Origin: Verrucomicrobiota bacterium
Lineage (GTDB): Bacteria; Verrucomicrobiota; Verrucomicrobiia; JABWAM01; JAHFSZ01
DNA length: 46,065 bases
NCBI GenBank assembly: GCA_023265515.1
Contig: JAHFSZ010000003.1
Location: 22,889 to 68,953, forward strand
Direction of reading: 5' to 3'
Made by a program: the position numbers and the translations under genes. This document shows, piece after piece, positions 7,501 through 16,129 of the stretch. The notes under the pieces are model-generated. The model searched no databases and was not told the origin of the DNA. It saw only the letters and a list, made by a program, of their open reading frames with translations. Within the stretch, counting starts at the first letter, position 1, and every line of letters starts with the position of its first letter.

Positions 7501-9930
7501 ATGAAAGTCTCCTGCAATTGGCTGGCCGATTTTGTCGCCATACCCTGGAAGCCCGCAGAGCTGGCGGACCGGCTGACGATGGCCGGCATCGAAATTGAGT
7601 CGATCGTCCGCCAGGATGCCGGCCTGGAATCGGTCATCGTCGCCGAGATTCTCAAATCGGAACGTCATCCGGACGCTGATCGTCTTTCAGTTTGCGAAGT
7701 TTCAACCGGTGCCAGGAAACATCAGATCGTTTGCGGCGCGAAAAATTACAAGGTTGGCGACAGGGTGCCGCTCGCATTGCCCGGCGTGCGCCTGCCCAAC
7801 GGGATGGAGATCAAGGCGGCGAAGCTTCGCGGCGTTTCGTCCGGTGGAATGCTCTGCTCGGCGGCTGAGCTGGGGCTAGCGCCGGACGCCGAAGGCTTGC
7901 TGATTCTGCCGAAAGAGGCCAAGGTCGGGGCACCCTTCGCCGAAGCCTATGGCTTGGATGATACGGTCATCGACGTCGAGATCACGCCAAACCGTCCCGA
8001 TCTGCTCAGCCACCTCGGCATCGCGCGCGAAATCGCCACGCTCGCCGGCGTGCCACTGAAGGCGCCCTCAGGTTATGCAGGCAAGCCATCCGGCAACGAG
8101 ACTTTTGCAGTCGAGATCAAGGACCCGCGGCTCTGTCCCCGTTATTCGGCCCGTCTTCTCCGCAAGGTCCGCGTCAAGCCCAGTCCCGAATGGATGCAGC
8201 ACCGGCTCGTTGCAGTGGGCCAGCGCCCGATCAACAACGTGGTCGATATCACCAATTACATCATGATCGAGGTTGGCCAGCCCCTGCACGCATTCGACAC
8301 GCGTCTGCTCTCCGGTCGTAAAATCATCGTCAGGAGGGCGGAGCCAGGGGAACCTATCAGAACGCTCGACGATGCCGATGTGATCCTGGATGCCGACACG
8401 CTCGTCATCGCAGACGAAAAGCACGCGGTTGCCTTGGCCGGTGTGATGGGTGGAATTCACAGCGGCATCCAGAGCGATACCACCGAGGTTTTGCTTGAAT
8501 CGGCGACATTCCAGCCCTCGAACATCCGGAGGACTTCGAAGAAGTATCAAATCCGAAGCGAATCCTCGTACCGGTTTGAGCGAGGGGTGGATCCGAAACT
8601 GGCCGCGTATGGCAGCGACCTGGCGACGCGCCTGTTGGTGGAGCTGGCGGACGCCGAAGTCGCCGGCCCCCTTCACATGGTCGAGCCGGCAGCTCCCTCG
8701 CCCCGGCGCGTGTCGGTCCGGCTCTCGATGATCCGCCGAATGTGTGGAATCGATCTGCCCGAAAAAGAGATCGAAAAGGTTTTTGATGGACTTGGTTTTC
8801 ATGTGACCGAGCGCGCGAAGGAAACAGCGGGCATGTCGATGGTCGATTCCAGCCACGCGACGGAGCAGTGGACGCTGGAGGTTCCCTCGCACCGCCTTGA
8901 CGTGGTGGAGGAAGTGGACGTTCTTGAGGAGATCGTTCGTGTTTACGGCATCGACAAACTTCCGGCCCATCCGGTGGAAGCCCGATGGATTCCGCTGGAA
9001 GAGCCGGGGCGGTACTTTGACATGCAGCGTGTGCGCACCCTGGCCGCCGGGCTGGGTTTCGATGAGGTTCAAAACTATACCCTTGTCTCATCGAAGGAGG
9101 CGCACGCCATCCACGGAGCCGCCTTTCCGGACGACCAGATCCTGGCCAACCCGTTGACCGACGAGATGGATGCGCTCCGGGCCGACCTGTTCCTCGGCAT
9201 GCTCAATGTCATCGCCCGTAACAACGCCCAGCGCAACCTTTCACTGAAGCTATTCGAGATTGGCCGTGTCTTCGAAGGACAGCAGGAATCAACGCATTTG
9301 TCGCTGGCGCTCACGGGCAGTGCCGCGACGACCGGATGGGAGGGGGCGGAGCGGCCATACGACTTTTTCGATCTGAAGGGCGCGCTGTTCGAAATCTTCG
9401 GGGGGCTCGGCGAGCGAGATATCGTCTGGCGTCCATCCAAGCACGCGGCCTTCAGCCTCTTCCTCGAGCTCTACCATGGGGAGGAGGAGGTTGGTTTCGT
9501 AGGCCAGGTTTCGGGCCAGCTGGCGCGGTCGAAGAAAATTGAAGGGGATGTCTTCTTCGCCGAGCTGGATCTCGACCTGCTTTTGAAGCAAGGAGGTGCA
9601 ACGAAGAAATTCAAGCCCTTGCCGGGCTTTCCTGCCGTTCAGCGCGATCTCGCGTTGATTGTTCCGGAGGAGAGACGCTTTGACGAAATCATCGGCCCCC
9701 TGCGCGACATCGCGCAGAAGGCGGCAACAGGAAAAAATATTGTCTTGGAGAACATCGCCCTTTTTGATATTTTTCGTTCCAGTCAGTTGGGTGAATGTCG
9801 CAAATCGCTGGCATTTCGTTTCACCTACCGTTCTTTGGAGCGAACCTTGACCGACAGCGAAGTCAATGCGCTGCACGCGGAAGTGATTAAGGAGACGGCA
9901 GTACGTCTCAAGTGCGAAGTTCGCGTGTAG
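7501..9930 (+). CDS. pheT: Phenylalanine--tRNA ligase beta subunit
   Basis: HPDADRL, IVCGAKN, SSGGMLCS, EITPNRPD, RFERGVD, C-terminal RDLAL..KSLAF..TLTD anticodon-binding domain. Confidence 0.98.
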   Translation: MKVSCNWLADFVAIPWKPAELADRLTMAGIEIESIVRQDAGLESVIVAEILKSERHPDADRLSVCEVSTGARKHQIVCGAKNYKVGDRVPLALPGVRLPNGMEIKAAKLRGVSSGGMLCSAAELGLAPDAEGLLILPKEAKVGAPFAEAYGLDDTVIDVEITPNRPDLLSHLGIAREIATLAGVPLKAPSGYAGKPSGNETFAVEIKDPRLCPRYSARLLRKVRVKPSPEWMQHRLVAVGQRPINNVVDITNYIMIEVGQPLHAFDTRLLSGRKIIVRRAEPGEPIRTLDDADVILDADTLVIADEKHAVALAGVMGGIHSGIQSDTTEVLLESATFQPSNIRRTSKKYQIRSESSYRFERGVDPKLAAYGSDLATRLLVELADAEVAGPLHMVEPAAPSPRRVSVRLSMIRRMCGIDLPEKEIEKVFDGLGFHVTERAKETAGMSMVDSSHATEQWTLEVPSHRLDVVEEVDVLEEIVRVYGIDKLPAHPVEARWIPLEEPGRYFDMQRVRTLAAGLGFDEVQNYTLVSSKEAHAIHGAAFPDDQILANPLTDEMDALRADLFLGMLNVIARNNAQRNLSLKLFEIGRVFEGQQESTHLSLALTGSAATTGWEGAERPYDFFDLKGALFEIFGGLGERDIVWRPSKHAAFSLFLELYHGEEEVGFVGQVSGQLARSKKIEGDVFFAELDLDLLLKQGGATKKFKPLPGFPAVQRDLALIVPEERRFDEIIGPLRDIAQKAATGKNIVLENIALFDIFRSSQLGECRKSLAFRFTYRSLERTLTDSEVNALHAEVIKETAVRLKCEVRV

Positions 9931-9944
9931 CACTTGCGCGATTT

Positions 9945-10116
9945 ACCCTGCGCTGTACGTGGCTAGGAACGCTGATTCTTTGAGCCTAACATCAAATTGG
10001 AGGCTGGGCTGGGTCGTGGCCGACATGCCTTTCACAGGAAGTCGAAAGCGGTCCAGCGGTCATCCACCCTGTATCAACAGGGTTCAAAGAACGCGTTCTC
10101 ACGGCAGGCGCGGGGT
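9945..10116 (+). ncRNA. ssrS: 6S RNA
   Basis: Rod-like fold: ACCCTGCGC/GCGCGGGGT closing stem, GAACGC/GCGTTC, TTCTTTGAGCCT/GGGTTCAAAGAA, central bubble (AACATCAAATT opposite ACCCTGTATCAAC), apical CTGGGCTG/CGGTCCAG and CGAC/GTCG; ~170 nt, downstream of pheT, followed by a T-tract. Confidence 0.85.
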
Positions 10117-10152
10117 TTCTTTTTAGTCGATTTCAGGCCAAAATGAGGTATC

Positions 10153-10752
10153 ATGGGGATCGAAATGGTCACGCTACCCAGAATGATTGCATGTCTTGCT
10201 GTTCTGGTGGTTGGGGGGGTGCCCGGCCATGCCCAGCAAAAGGTTCACGGTGAGATGCCGGCGGGCGCTTTCGTGATCGATCCGGACAAGATTGCGTCCT
10301 GGAACGACAAAAGCTTTGCCACGGCGGACAAGGAATTTGCCGTTAAACAGTTTGATAGCGGGACTCTCGGCCGCTGGACCCACGAATTTCCCGCGCACTA
10401 CGCCGGCATGGCGGAAAAGAGCGTGGATCTGGAGCGCGTTGAGCTTCAGGAATGGAAAGCCGGCAAAGCCCAGGACTGGGTGGGAAAACAGGCGGAGGTC
10501 AAACAGGCCGATGTTTCCGCCAAGTCAACAAGGTCCGGCACCCTGGTCGCAAACGAAAAATGGGCAAGATCGGTGAAAAAAGCCGAAACCGGAGAGAAAA
10601 TCGAACAACCCGCTTCCGATTTTATTGTTCAAGCAACGATTCGTCCACTGGGAGTGCCTGAAGTGCAGGAGAAACTGAATGAGTACTCGAGCCCCCCTGG
10701 CGAACGGAAGAAGGAGATTCCTTCGAAACTTCAAAAGTCGTCGAAACTCTGA
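10153..10752 (+). CDS. Hypothetical exported protein
   Basis: Signal-peptide-like MIACLAVLVVGGVPGHA followed by a Lys-rich hydrophilic body. The true start may be ATG 10165 or 10183. Confidence 0.6.
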   Translation: MGIEMVTLPRMIACLAVLVVGGVPGHAQQKVHGEMPAGAFVIDPDKIASWNDKSFATADKEFAVKQFDSGTLGRWTHEFPAHYAGMAEKSVDLERVELQEWKAGKAQDWVGKQAEVKQADVSAKSTRSGTLVANEKWARSVKKAETGEKIEQPASDFIVQATIRPLGVPEVQEKLNEYSSPPGERKKEIPSKLQKSSKL

Positions 10753-11335
10753 TCGGCTTTTCCGCCGTCACGATGCCGACCAGATGGTAGCGTCCTGGCG
10801 GGAGGGAGTCGGCGCCGAGAGAGATGGGAATCAGAAGAGGATCCTGGCCGGGGTAGGTCAGCTTTTCATTCGCGTTGACGATGATGGTCGAGAGCTTTTG
10901 CGCGAACTCCTTGTCCGAAGACCAGCGGTAGAGCTCTCGATTCTGTTCATCCTGGATGATGAAGTCGAAATGCTGGGCCGTCGGGAAGCGCATGATGTAT
11001 TTGTCCCGGCCTCTGTTCTGGAGGGTCATTTTGACTTCGACGGCGTCGTCCTCGGCCGTGGAATAAACCTTCTGACCGACCTCGATATTGGCATCGAATT
11101 CGGGGGGCGCATCGACGCGTTTGCTCAGATCACTCTTGGGGAAAAGCCACTTGAAGGGGTTCTGCAGAAGGCTTGGCTTCTTTTCTTCTGCCACATGATG
11201 CTCGGCGTTGATGGTGGCGCCTCCGGCGCCTCCCTCCGCCTTGCTTGGGCTGATGTCGATGGCGTGGAGCGTGAATGCCCCGGCGATCCAGAAAATACCG
11301 TGAAGCAGAGCTGAAAAACGCCGGAAAAAGTTCAT
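10622..11335 (-). CDS. Exported BsuPI-like (intracellular proteinase inhibitor family) domain protein
   Basis: Signal peptide, then MTLQNRG..MRFPTAQHFDFII.D..N.ELYRWS.DK.FAQ..., which matches the BsuPI-family pattern F.sgQ.yD.....evwrWS....F.Q. Confidence 0.8.
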   Translation of the reverse strand: MNFFRRFSALLHGIFWIAGAFTLHAIDISPSKAEGGAGGATINAEHHVAEEKKPSLLQNPFKWLFPKSDLSKRVDAPPEFDANIEVGQKVYSTAEDDAVEVKMTLQNRGRDKYIMRFPTAQHFDFIIQDEQNRELYRWSSDKEFAQKLSTIIVNANEKLTYPGQDPLLIPISLGADSLPPGRYHLVGIVTAEKPIRVSTTFEVSKESPSSVRQGGSSTHSVSPALQALPVDESLLEQ

Positions 11336-11459
11336 GAGCCGTTATGGTTGAGGAATGGAGTTCCAGCGTCAAGACGCATTCTCTGAGTCCTCCATTCAAA
11401 AATATACGGTACCGCTGCCAATCTCGTCATTCCTTGGGCGAAATGGTCGGGTCCTCAAT

Positions 11460-11551
11460 CGTGTACGGTGTACCGTTTACTGTTTACCGCCATTCAATTC
11501 GATCAAAAGAGTTGGAAACACCGCAAACGGTACACGGTAAACGGTTCACCG
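11460..11551. repeat. Heptamer-periodic palindromic element, copy 1
   Basis: CGTGTA CGGTGTA CCGTTTA CTGTTTA CCG ... CGGTACA CGGTAAA CGGTTCA CCG; 11460-11480 is the exact reverse complement of 43776-43796. Confidence 0.9.
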
Positions 11552-11593
11552 GGGGTGGAAAAAGGTCTTTTTTGGGAGGAACAAATAGCTGGG

Positions 11594-11622
11594 TTGACAA
11601 CGTCGGCAAATCGATTTAGCAA
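11594..11622 (+). promoter_or_regulatory. Putative sigma70-type promoter of prs
   Basis: TTGACA, 17 nt, TAGCAA, ending 13 nt before ATG 11636; the -10 match is weak. Confidence 0.4.
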
Positions 11623-11635
11623 GAAGACCTCCGAT

Positions 11636-12601
11636 ATGGGTAAAAATTCCACGTTGAGCATCCTGACCGGCCGGGCCAACCCGCAACTTGCCAGGAAGAT
11701 CACCGACTGCCTTGGAGTCAAGCTGGTCGACACCACCGTCAAAGCCTTCCCCGACGCCGAAACGTTCGTCAAAATCAACGAGAACGTTCGCGGCCGGGAC
11801 GTGTTCATCATCCAGCCGACCTGTCCGCCCGCCAATGAGAACCTGATGGAACTTCTGATCATGATCGATGCGGCCAAGCGCGCCAGCGCCGCACGCATCA
11901 CGGCTGTCATTCCATTTTACGGCTACGCGCGCCAGGATCGGAAGGACCAGCCCCGTGTTTCCATCACGGCCAAGCTGGTGGCCAACCTGCTCACCTCTGC
12001 GGGCGCCAACCGCGTCCTGACCATCGACCTGCACGCGCAGCAGATCCAGGGTTTCTTCGACATTCCGGTCGACCACCTTTATTCCGCGCCGGTCATCAGC
12101 AGGCATCTTGTCCAACAAAAGGTCAATAACCTGGTCGTCGTGTCACCCGACGTCGGTGGACTCAAAATGGCCTATGCTTATTCGAATTTGCTCGGAGCCG
12201 AACTGGCAATCGTCGCCAAGCGGCGCGTCAGCCCGACGGAGACCGAGGCGCTGAATGTCATCGGCGACGTGGAGGGAAAAAACATCCTGATCGTGGATGA
12301 CATCACTGAGACTGCCGGAACGCTCACGAGCGCGGCGGCCTTCCTCAAGAAAAGAGGCGCTCTGGAGATCCATGCCGCTGTCTCGCACGCCGTTCTCAAC
12401 GAGCTGGCGATCGGGCGCCTCAAGAAATCGCCGATCAAACAGCTCGTCACCACGGACTCCGTTCCACAGAGCCAGACCAAGAAGTTCAATGTGAAAGTGC
12501 TGACCATTTCGAACCTGCTTGCCGAAGCCATCAAGCGGATTCATGACAATCAATCGGTGACTTCGCTCTTTGAAGTGAACGGCAAGACTCTCTCTCACTA
12601 A
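11636..12601 (+). CDS. prs: Ribose-phosphate pyrophosphokinase
   Basis: FPDAET, NVRGRDVF, PFYGYARQDRK, DLHAQQIQGFF, VVSPDVGG, PRPP-binding IVDDITETAGTL; start MGKNST. Confidence 0.98.
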   Translation: MGKNSTLSILTGRANPQLARKITDCLGVKLVDTTVKAFPDAETFVKINENVRGRDVFIIQPTCPPANENLMELLIMIDAAKRASAARITAVIPFYGYARQDRKDQPRVSITAKLVANLLTSAGANRVLTIDLHAQQIQGFFDIPVDHLYSAPVISRHLVQQKVNNLVVVSPDVGGLKMAYAYSNLLGAELAIVAKRRVSPTETEALNVIGDVEGKNILIVDDITETAGTLTSAAAFLKKRGALEIHAAVSHAVLNELAIGRLKKSPIKQLVTTDSVPQSQTKKFNVKVLTISNLLAEAIKRIHDNQSVTSLFEVNGKTLSH

Positions 12602-12609
12602 CCCGAGTC

Positions 12610-14889
12610 TCAAAGTTTTCTGAACGTGGTGGGCTGATTCACGCTCATTTGGGACAGGAGCGGCGACTTTTTCTTAAACGGCCACCACCAGTTCCATTCG
12701 TTGAGCAGGTGCATGGTGGTGGGAATGACGATGGTGCAAATCAACGCGGCATCCAGAAAAATCGCGAACGCCATGCCAAGACCGAATTGGCGTGTTTCCA
12801 CCGCCTGGGTGAAGGCGAAACCGAGAAAGATCGAAATCATGATCGCGGCCGCGCTCGTGATCACCTTGCCGGCGTGGGCGAGGGCGAGACCCACCGATTT
12901 CTCAGTATTGTTGTGAATCCGGTACTCCTCGCGCACGCGGCTCAACAGGAAAACCTGATAATCCATCGAAATGCCGAACAAAGCACAGTAGAGGAGCATG
13001 CATACGATGCTGTTGAGGCCGTCGGTCCGCGGAAATCCGAAGGGCACCCCGCCGCCCTGCTCAAAGATGAAGACCAAAAACCCGAAGGACGCCACCACAG
13101 CCAACAGGTTGATCAAAAGCATTTGGATCGGTATTGTAATCGAGCGATAGCCGACCATCATGATCAGGAAGTTGATCAGGAAGCTGGTGCCGATCACCAT
13201 CAGCAGGCTCCGCTGGAGAACCGCATCCACATCCATCACCTCGGCGAGGAAGCCGCCGGTCATGACGCGCGTGGGCAGGCCCGCGAAGAATTCAGACTTG
13301 ATCCGCTGGCTGAGGTTTTTAATCCAGGCGCGTGATTGGTAGCTCTGCGGGTCGTCGCGTGTGGCGACGAACATCAGCGAACGGCTGTGGTCCGGATCAT
13401 TGCTCACGATGAGGTTGTGCTTGTCGAGCTCGGCGGTCAGATTGACGAAGTCCTGGCCCTGGGCGTTCGACGGGATGCTTCTCCAAAGGGTGGAAAGGCC
13501 GCGCGCTTCGGCCACCTCGGCATCCTTGAGCAGACCCGAGATCGCATCCTCCTCAGCCTTGCGGAAAGCGGTGATATCCCCGCCATTGCGATCCAGCAGG
13601 ATGAGCGTTGGCGTGAACCAGCCGGGCTCGTACGACTTGCAGAGCGCTTCGTAGCCCTGACGCGCCTCCAGGTGCCTTGGCAGCTGGCTGGGCGTGATGG
13701 ATTGAAACTCCAGATGCGCCAGCGGCGTGCTGACGACACCGATGACCGCCAGGGCAAGGGTCAGAAAAAACCACGGTTTGCGCATAATCATGTGGGTGGT
13801 TGCCAGCCAGAAAATTTCGAGCTGGCGTTTTTCGCCCGGATCGCGCTTGAAAATTGGAAACCTTTGCAGCCAGGGGCCGACCAGCCGCACCAGCGCCGGC
13901 AGAAGCGAGAGGGTGGCCCAAACCGAGATCAGGACAACCAGGATGCCGGCCAGGGCAATTGAAACGAACAGCTCCATCCGAACCATGAAGAGCGTGGAGA
14001 AGCCGACGATGACCGTGGCGCCGGAAAACATGATCGTGCGCCCAGCCTTCTCCATCGCGCGGAAGAGCGCAACGCGGGACTTTGCGCCCAGGTTCATCTC
14101 CTCCCGGTAGCGCGCGAGCCAGAGCAGGGCATAGTCGATGCCAACGCCCAATCCAATCATCGTGGCGACGTTCTGGACGTAAATGGTTACGAACATATAA
14201 CGGCCCAGCAGGGTCATGATCGCCATCGTTGCCGTCACGCTGACGAGCGCGATGATAATGGGGAGCGCCGCGGCGAGCGGGGTTCGGAACACAAAGAGAA
14301 GAATGAGAAAGGTGATGGGTAGCGCAATTCGCTCCGCGTGGGTCAGATCAGAGGAGGCATTTTGATTCAGATCGTAATGGCTTGCCAGGCCGCCGCTGAC
14401 ATAAACTTTAAGAAAGGAGGGGAGGCGCGGCTCGCCTTGATCCAGAGACGCTTCCTGCGCCTCACGCAGCAGTTGCCGCACGCGCGGCGTCATCAGCTCC
14501 GCTTCAAAGTTGGAAGAGACGTCCAGCTCAACGAGGGCGAACGTGACGCGCGAATTTTCCGGATCCAGCGGCGTGGCGCCAAGCAAGGGGGCCCAAAAGA
14601 TGTTTTTGATCTTCGGATCCTCTGAAAGGACCTCTTTAATTTCCTGAAGCGCATCACGGACCTTGCCGCTGGCCAGCAGGTACGGTTCCTGAACCTCGAC
14701 AACGACCAAAAGGGGATAGGCGAGAGCCTTATTGAAGCCGGATTCAAGGGCTTTTCGGACCGTATCGGACTCGGTCCCCGGCATGCCAAAAGCGCCGCCG
14801 CGCATGACATGCTTCAAGCCCGGGGTGATGCACAGACTGACCAGGAGAATGCCAGTCCAAAGCAGAAGCGTGCGCAGATAATTGTTCAT
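12610..14889 (-). CDS. MMPL/RND-family transporter (YdfJ/MmpL-like)
   Basis: Two repeats of a soluble loop plus 5-6 TMs; GLGVGIDYAL..RYREE, AGRTIMFSG, LFGISMDYQVFLLSRVREE, VITSAAAIM. Confidence 0.92.
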   Translation of the reverse strand: MNNYLRTLLLWTGILLVSLCITPGLKHVMRGGAFGMPGTESDTVRKALESGFNKALAYPLLVVVEVQEPYLLASGKVRDALQEIKEVLSEDPKIKNIFWAPLLGATPLDPENSRVTFALVELDVSSNFEAELMTPRVRQLLREAQEASLDQGEPRLPSFLKVYVSGGLASHYDLNQNASSDLTHAERIALPITFLILLFVFRTPLAAALPIIIALVSVTATMAIMTLLGRYMFVTIYVQNVATMIGLGVGIDYALLWLARYREEMNLGAKSRVALFRAMEKAGRTIMFSGATVIVGFSTLFMVRMELFVSIALAGILVVLISVWATLSLLPALVRLVGPWLQRFPIFKRDPGEKRQLEIFWLATTHMIMRKPWFFLTLALAVIGVVSTPLAHLEFQSITPSQLPRHLEARQGYEALCKSYEPGWFTPTLILLDRNGGDITAFRKAEEDAISGLLKDAEVAEARGLSTLWRSIPSNAQGQDFVNLTAELDKHNLIVSNDPDHSRSLMFVATRDDPQSYQSRAWIKNLSQRIKSEFFAGLPTRVMTGGFLAEVMDVDAVLQRSLLMVIGTSFLINFLIMMVGYRSITIPIQMLLINLLAVVASFGFLVFIFEQGGGVPFGFPRTDGLNSIVCMLLYCALFGISMDYQVFLLSRVREEYRIHNNTEKSVGLALAHAGKVITSAAAIMISIFLGFAFTQAVETRQFGLGMAFAIFLDAALICTIVIPTTMHLLNEWNWWWPFKKKSPLLSQMSVNQPTTFRKL

Positions 14890-14926
14890 GTAAGCGACTG
14901 AGCGCCAAAGAATAACAAATGGTGCA

Positions 14927-15985
14927 TCACACTTGCAAGCCCGGTATCTGGGCCGCAAGGGAGCTGGGGACGGCGCCGTCATGCCCGTCCCAATCAGGAG
15001 TCAACCCCAGATCACGGATCATCTGCAGATCCCGTTTGGCGTCCGCGCCCGGCGTGGTCAGATAGTTGCCGACCATGGTCGCACTCGCGCCGGCGATAAA
15101 CATCAGCGGCTGTAGTTCGCGCAGATTCACCTCGCGTCCGCCGGCCACCATGATCTCGCGGGTTGGGAGGACAAACCTGAAGACCGCGATCGTTTTCAAG
15201 ATTTCCATCGGGGGCAGGGGCTCCTTCACTTCGAAGGGTGTCCCGGGGATCGGATTGAGGAAGTTCATCGGCACGATATCGACCTCCAGCTCCTTGAGCG
15301 CGAATGCCATCGAGATCCGATGCTCGCGGGTCTCGCCCATGCCGAAGATGCCGCCGGAGCAAACTTTGATGCCGGCCTGCTTCAGGTTTCGGATGGTGTT
15401 GACGCGGTCCTGGTACGTATGCGTGGTGCAAATTTCCGGAAAAAATTCTTCGGCGGTTTCCAGATTGTGGTTGTAGGCGTGGAGGCCGGCTTGTTTCAGA
15501 CGCTCGGCGATCTTTTGCTCCTGGATGATGCCGAGCGAGGCATCGGCCCGGACCGTGCCGCTCTTGGAGAGCTGTTCGATGCGCTCGCATACCTCGTCGA
15601 GGATCGGTCCTTCCTTGAGGCCCCACCAGGCAGCGACAATGCCAAGCGCCTGTGCCTTGTTTTCCCGGGCTTCGAGCGCGGCCTTCTCGACGGGCTCCCA
15701 GTCGAGGAAGCCGTGGCGCGGGGATTCTGTCTTGAAAAAAGAAGACTGGGCGCAAAACTTGCAGTTTTCGGTGCAGCCGCCTGCCTTGGCGTTGATGATC
15801 GAGCAAAGATGGACCTGGTCGCCTCGGAAATGCCGGCGAATGCGGTTGGCCGAGCTCATCAGGTCAAAGATGTCGGCTGAATCGGTCAGCTGAATCAGTG
15901 AGAGGGCCTCCGAATGGGCGATTTCGCCGCCTGCGAGGACCCGTTCACCGAGCTCCCGAATCTGCGTCTGAGCGTTGGAGGCCAT
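14927..15985 (-). CDS. bioB: Biotin synthase (radical SAM)
   Basis: INAKAGGCTENCKFCAQS (CxxxCxxC), YNHNLET, CSGGIFGMGET, VPMNFL.PI.GTP, AGGRE, GNYLTT. Confidence 0.96.
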   Translation of the reverse strand: MASNAQTQIRELGERVLAGGEIAHSEALSLIQLTDSADIFDLMSSANRIRRHFRGDQVHLCSIINAKAGGCTENCKFCAQSSFFKTESPRHGFLDWEPVEKAALEARENKAQALGIVAAWWGLKEGPILDEVCERIEQLSKSGTVRADASLGIIQEQKIAERLKQAGLHAYNHNLETAEEFFPEICTTHTYQDRVNTIRNLKQAGIKVCSGGIFGMGETREHRISMAFALKELEVDIVPMNFLNPIPGTPFEVKEPLPPMEILKTIAVFRFVLPTREIMVAGGREVNLRELQPLMFIAGASATMVGNYLTTPGADAKRDLQMIRDLGLTPDWDGHDGAVPSSLAAQIPGLQV

Positions 15986-16016
15986 GCCGGATATAGTTAA
16001 AAGCAATGGGAGATCG

Positions 16017-16050
16017 ATTGTCAACCCAACGCAACCTCATTCTAAACAAT
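16017..16050. promoter_or_regulatory. Candidate BirA-type operator overlapping the bioB -35 (TTGACA on minus strand, 16024-16019)
   Basis: ATTGTCAAC-N16-CTAAACAAT; the left half fits TGT(T/C/A)AAC BirA half-sites and the right half is degenerate. Confidence 0.35.
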
Positions 16051-16129
16051 TGACTTGATCGGAGCCACACCCGAAATAGGCGAAAAAGAACTGGTGTTTG
16101 CCGCCGTGATTGATCTTGAGTCGACTCTC

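Noticed and set aside
11460-11551. Possible CRISPR array in the repeated motifs
   Set aside because: Units are 7-nt tandem and inverted, with no 23-47-nt direct repeats separated by unique spacers and no cas genes.
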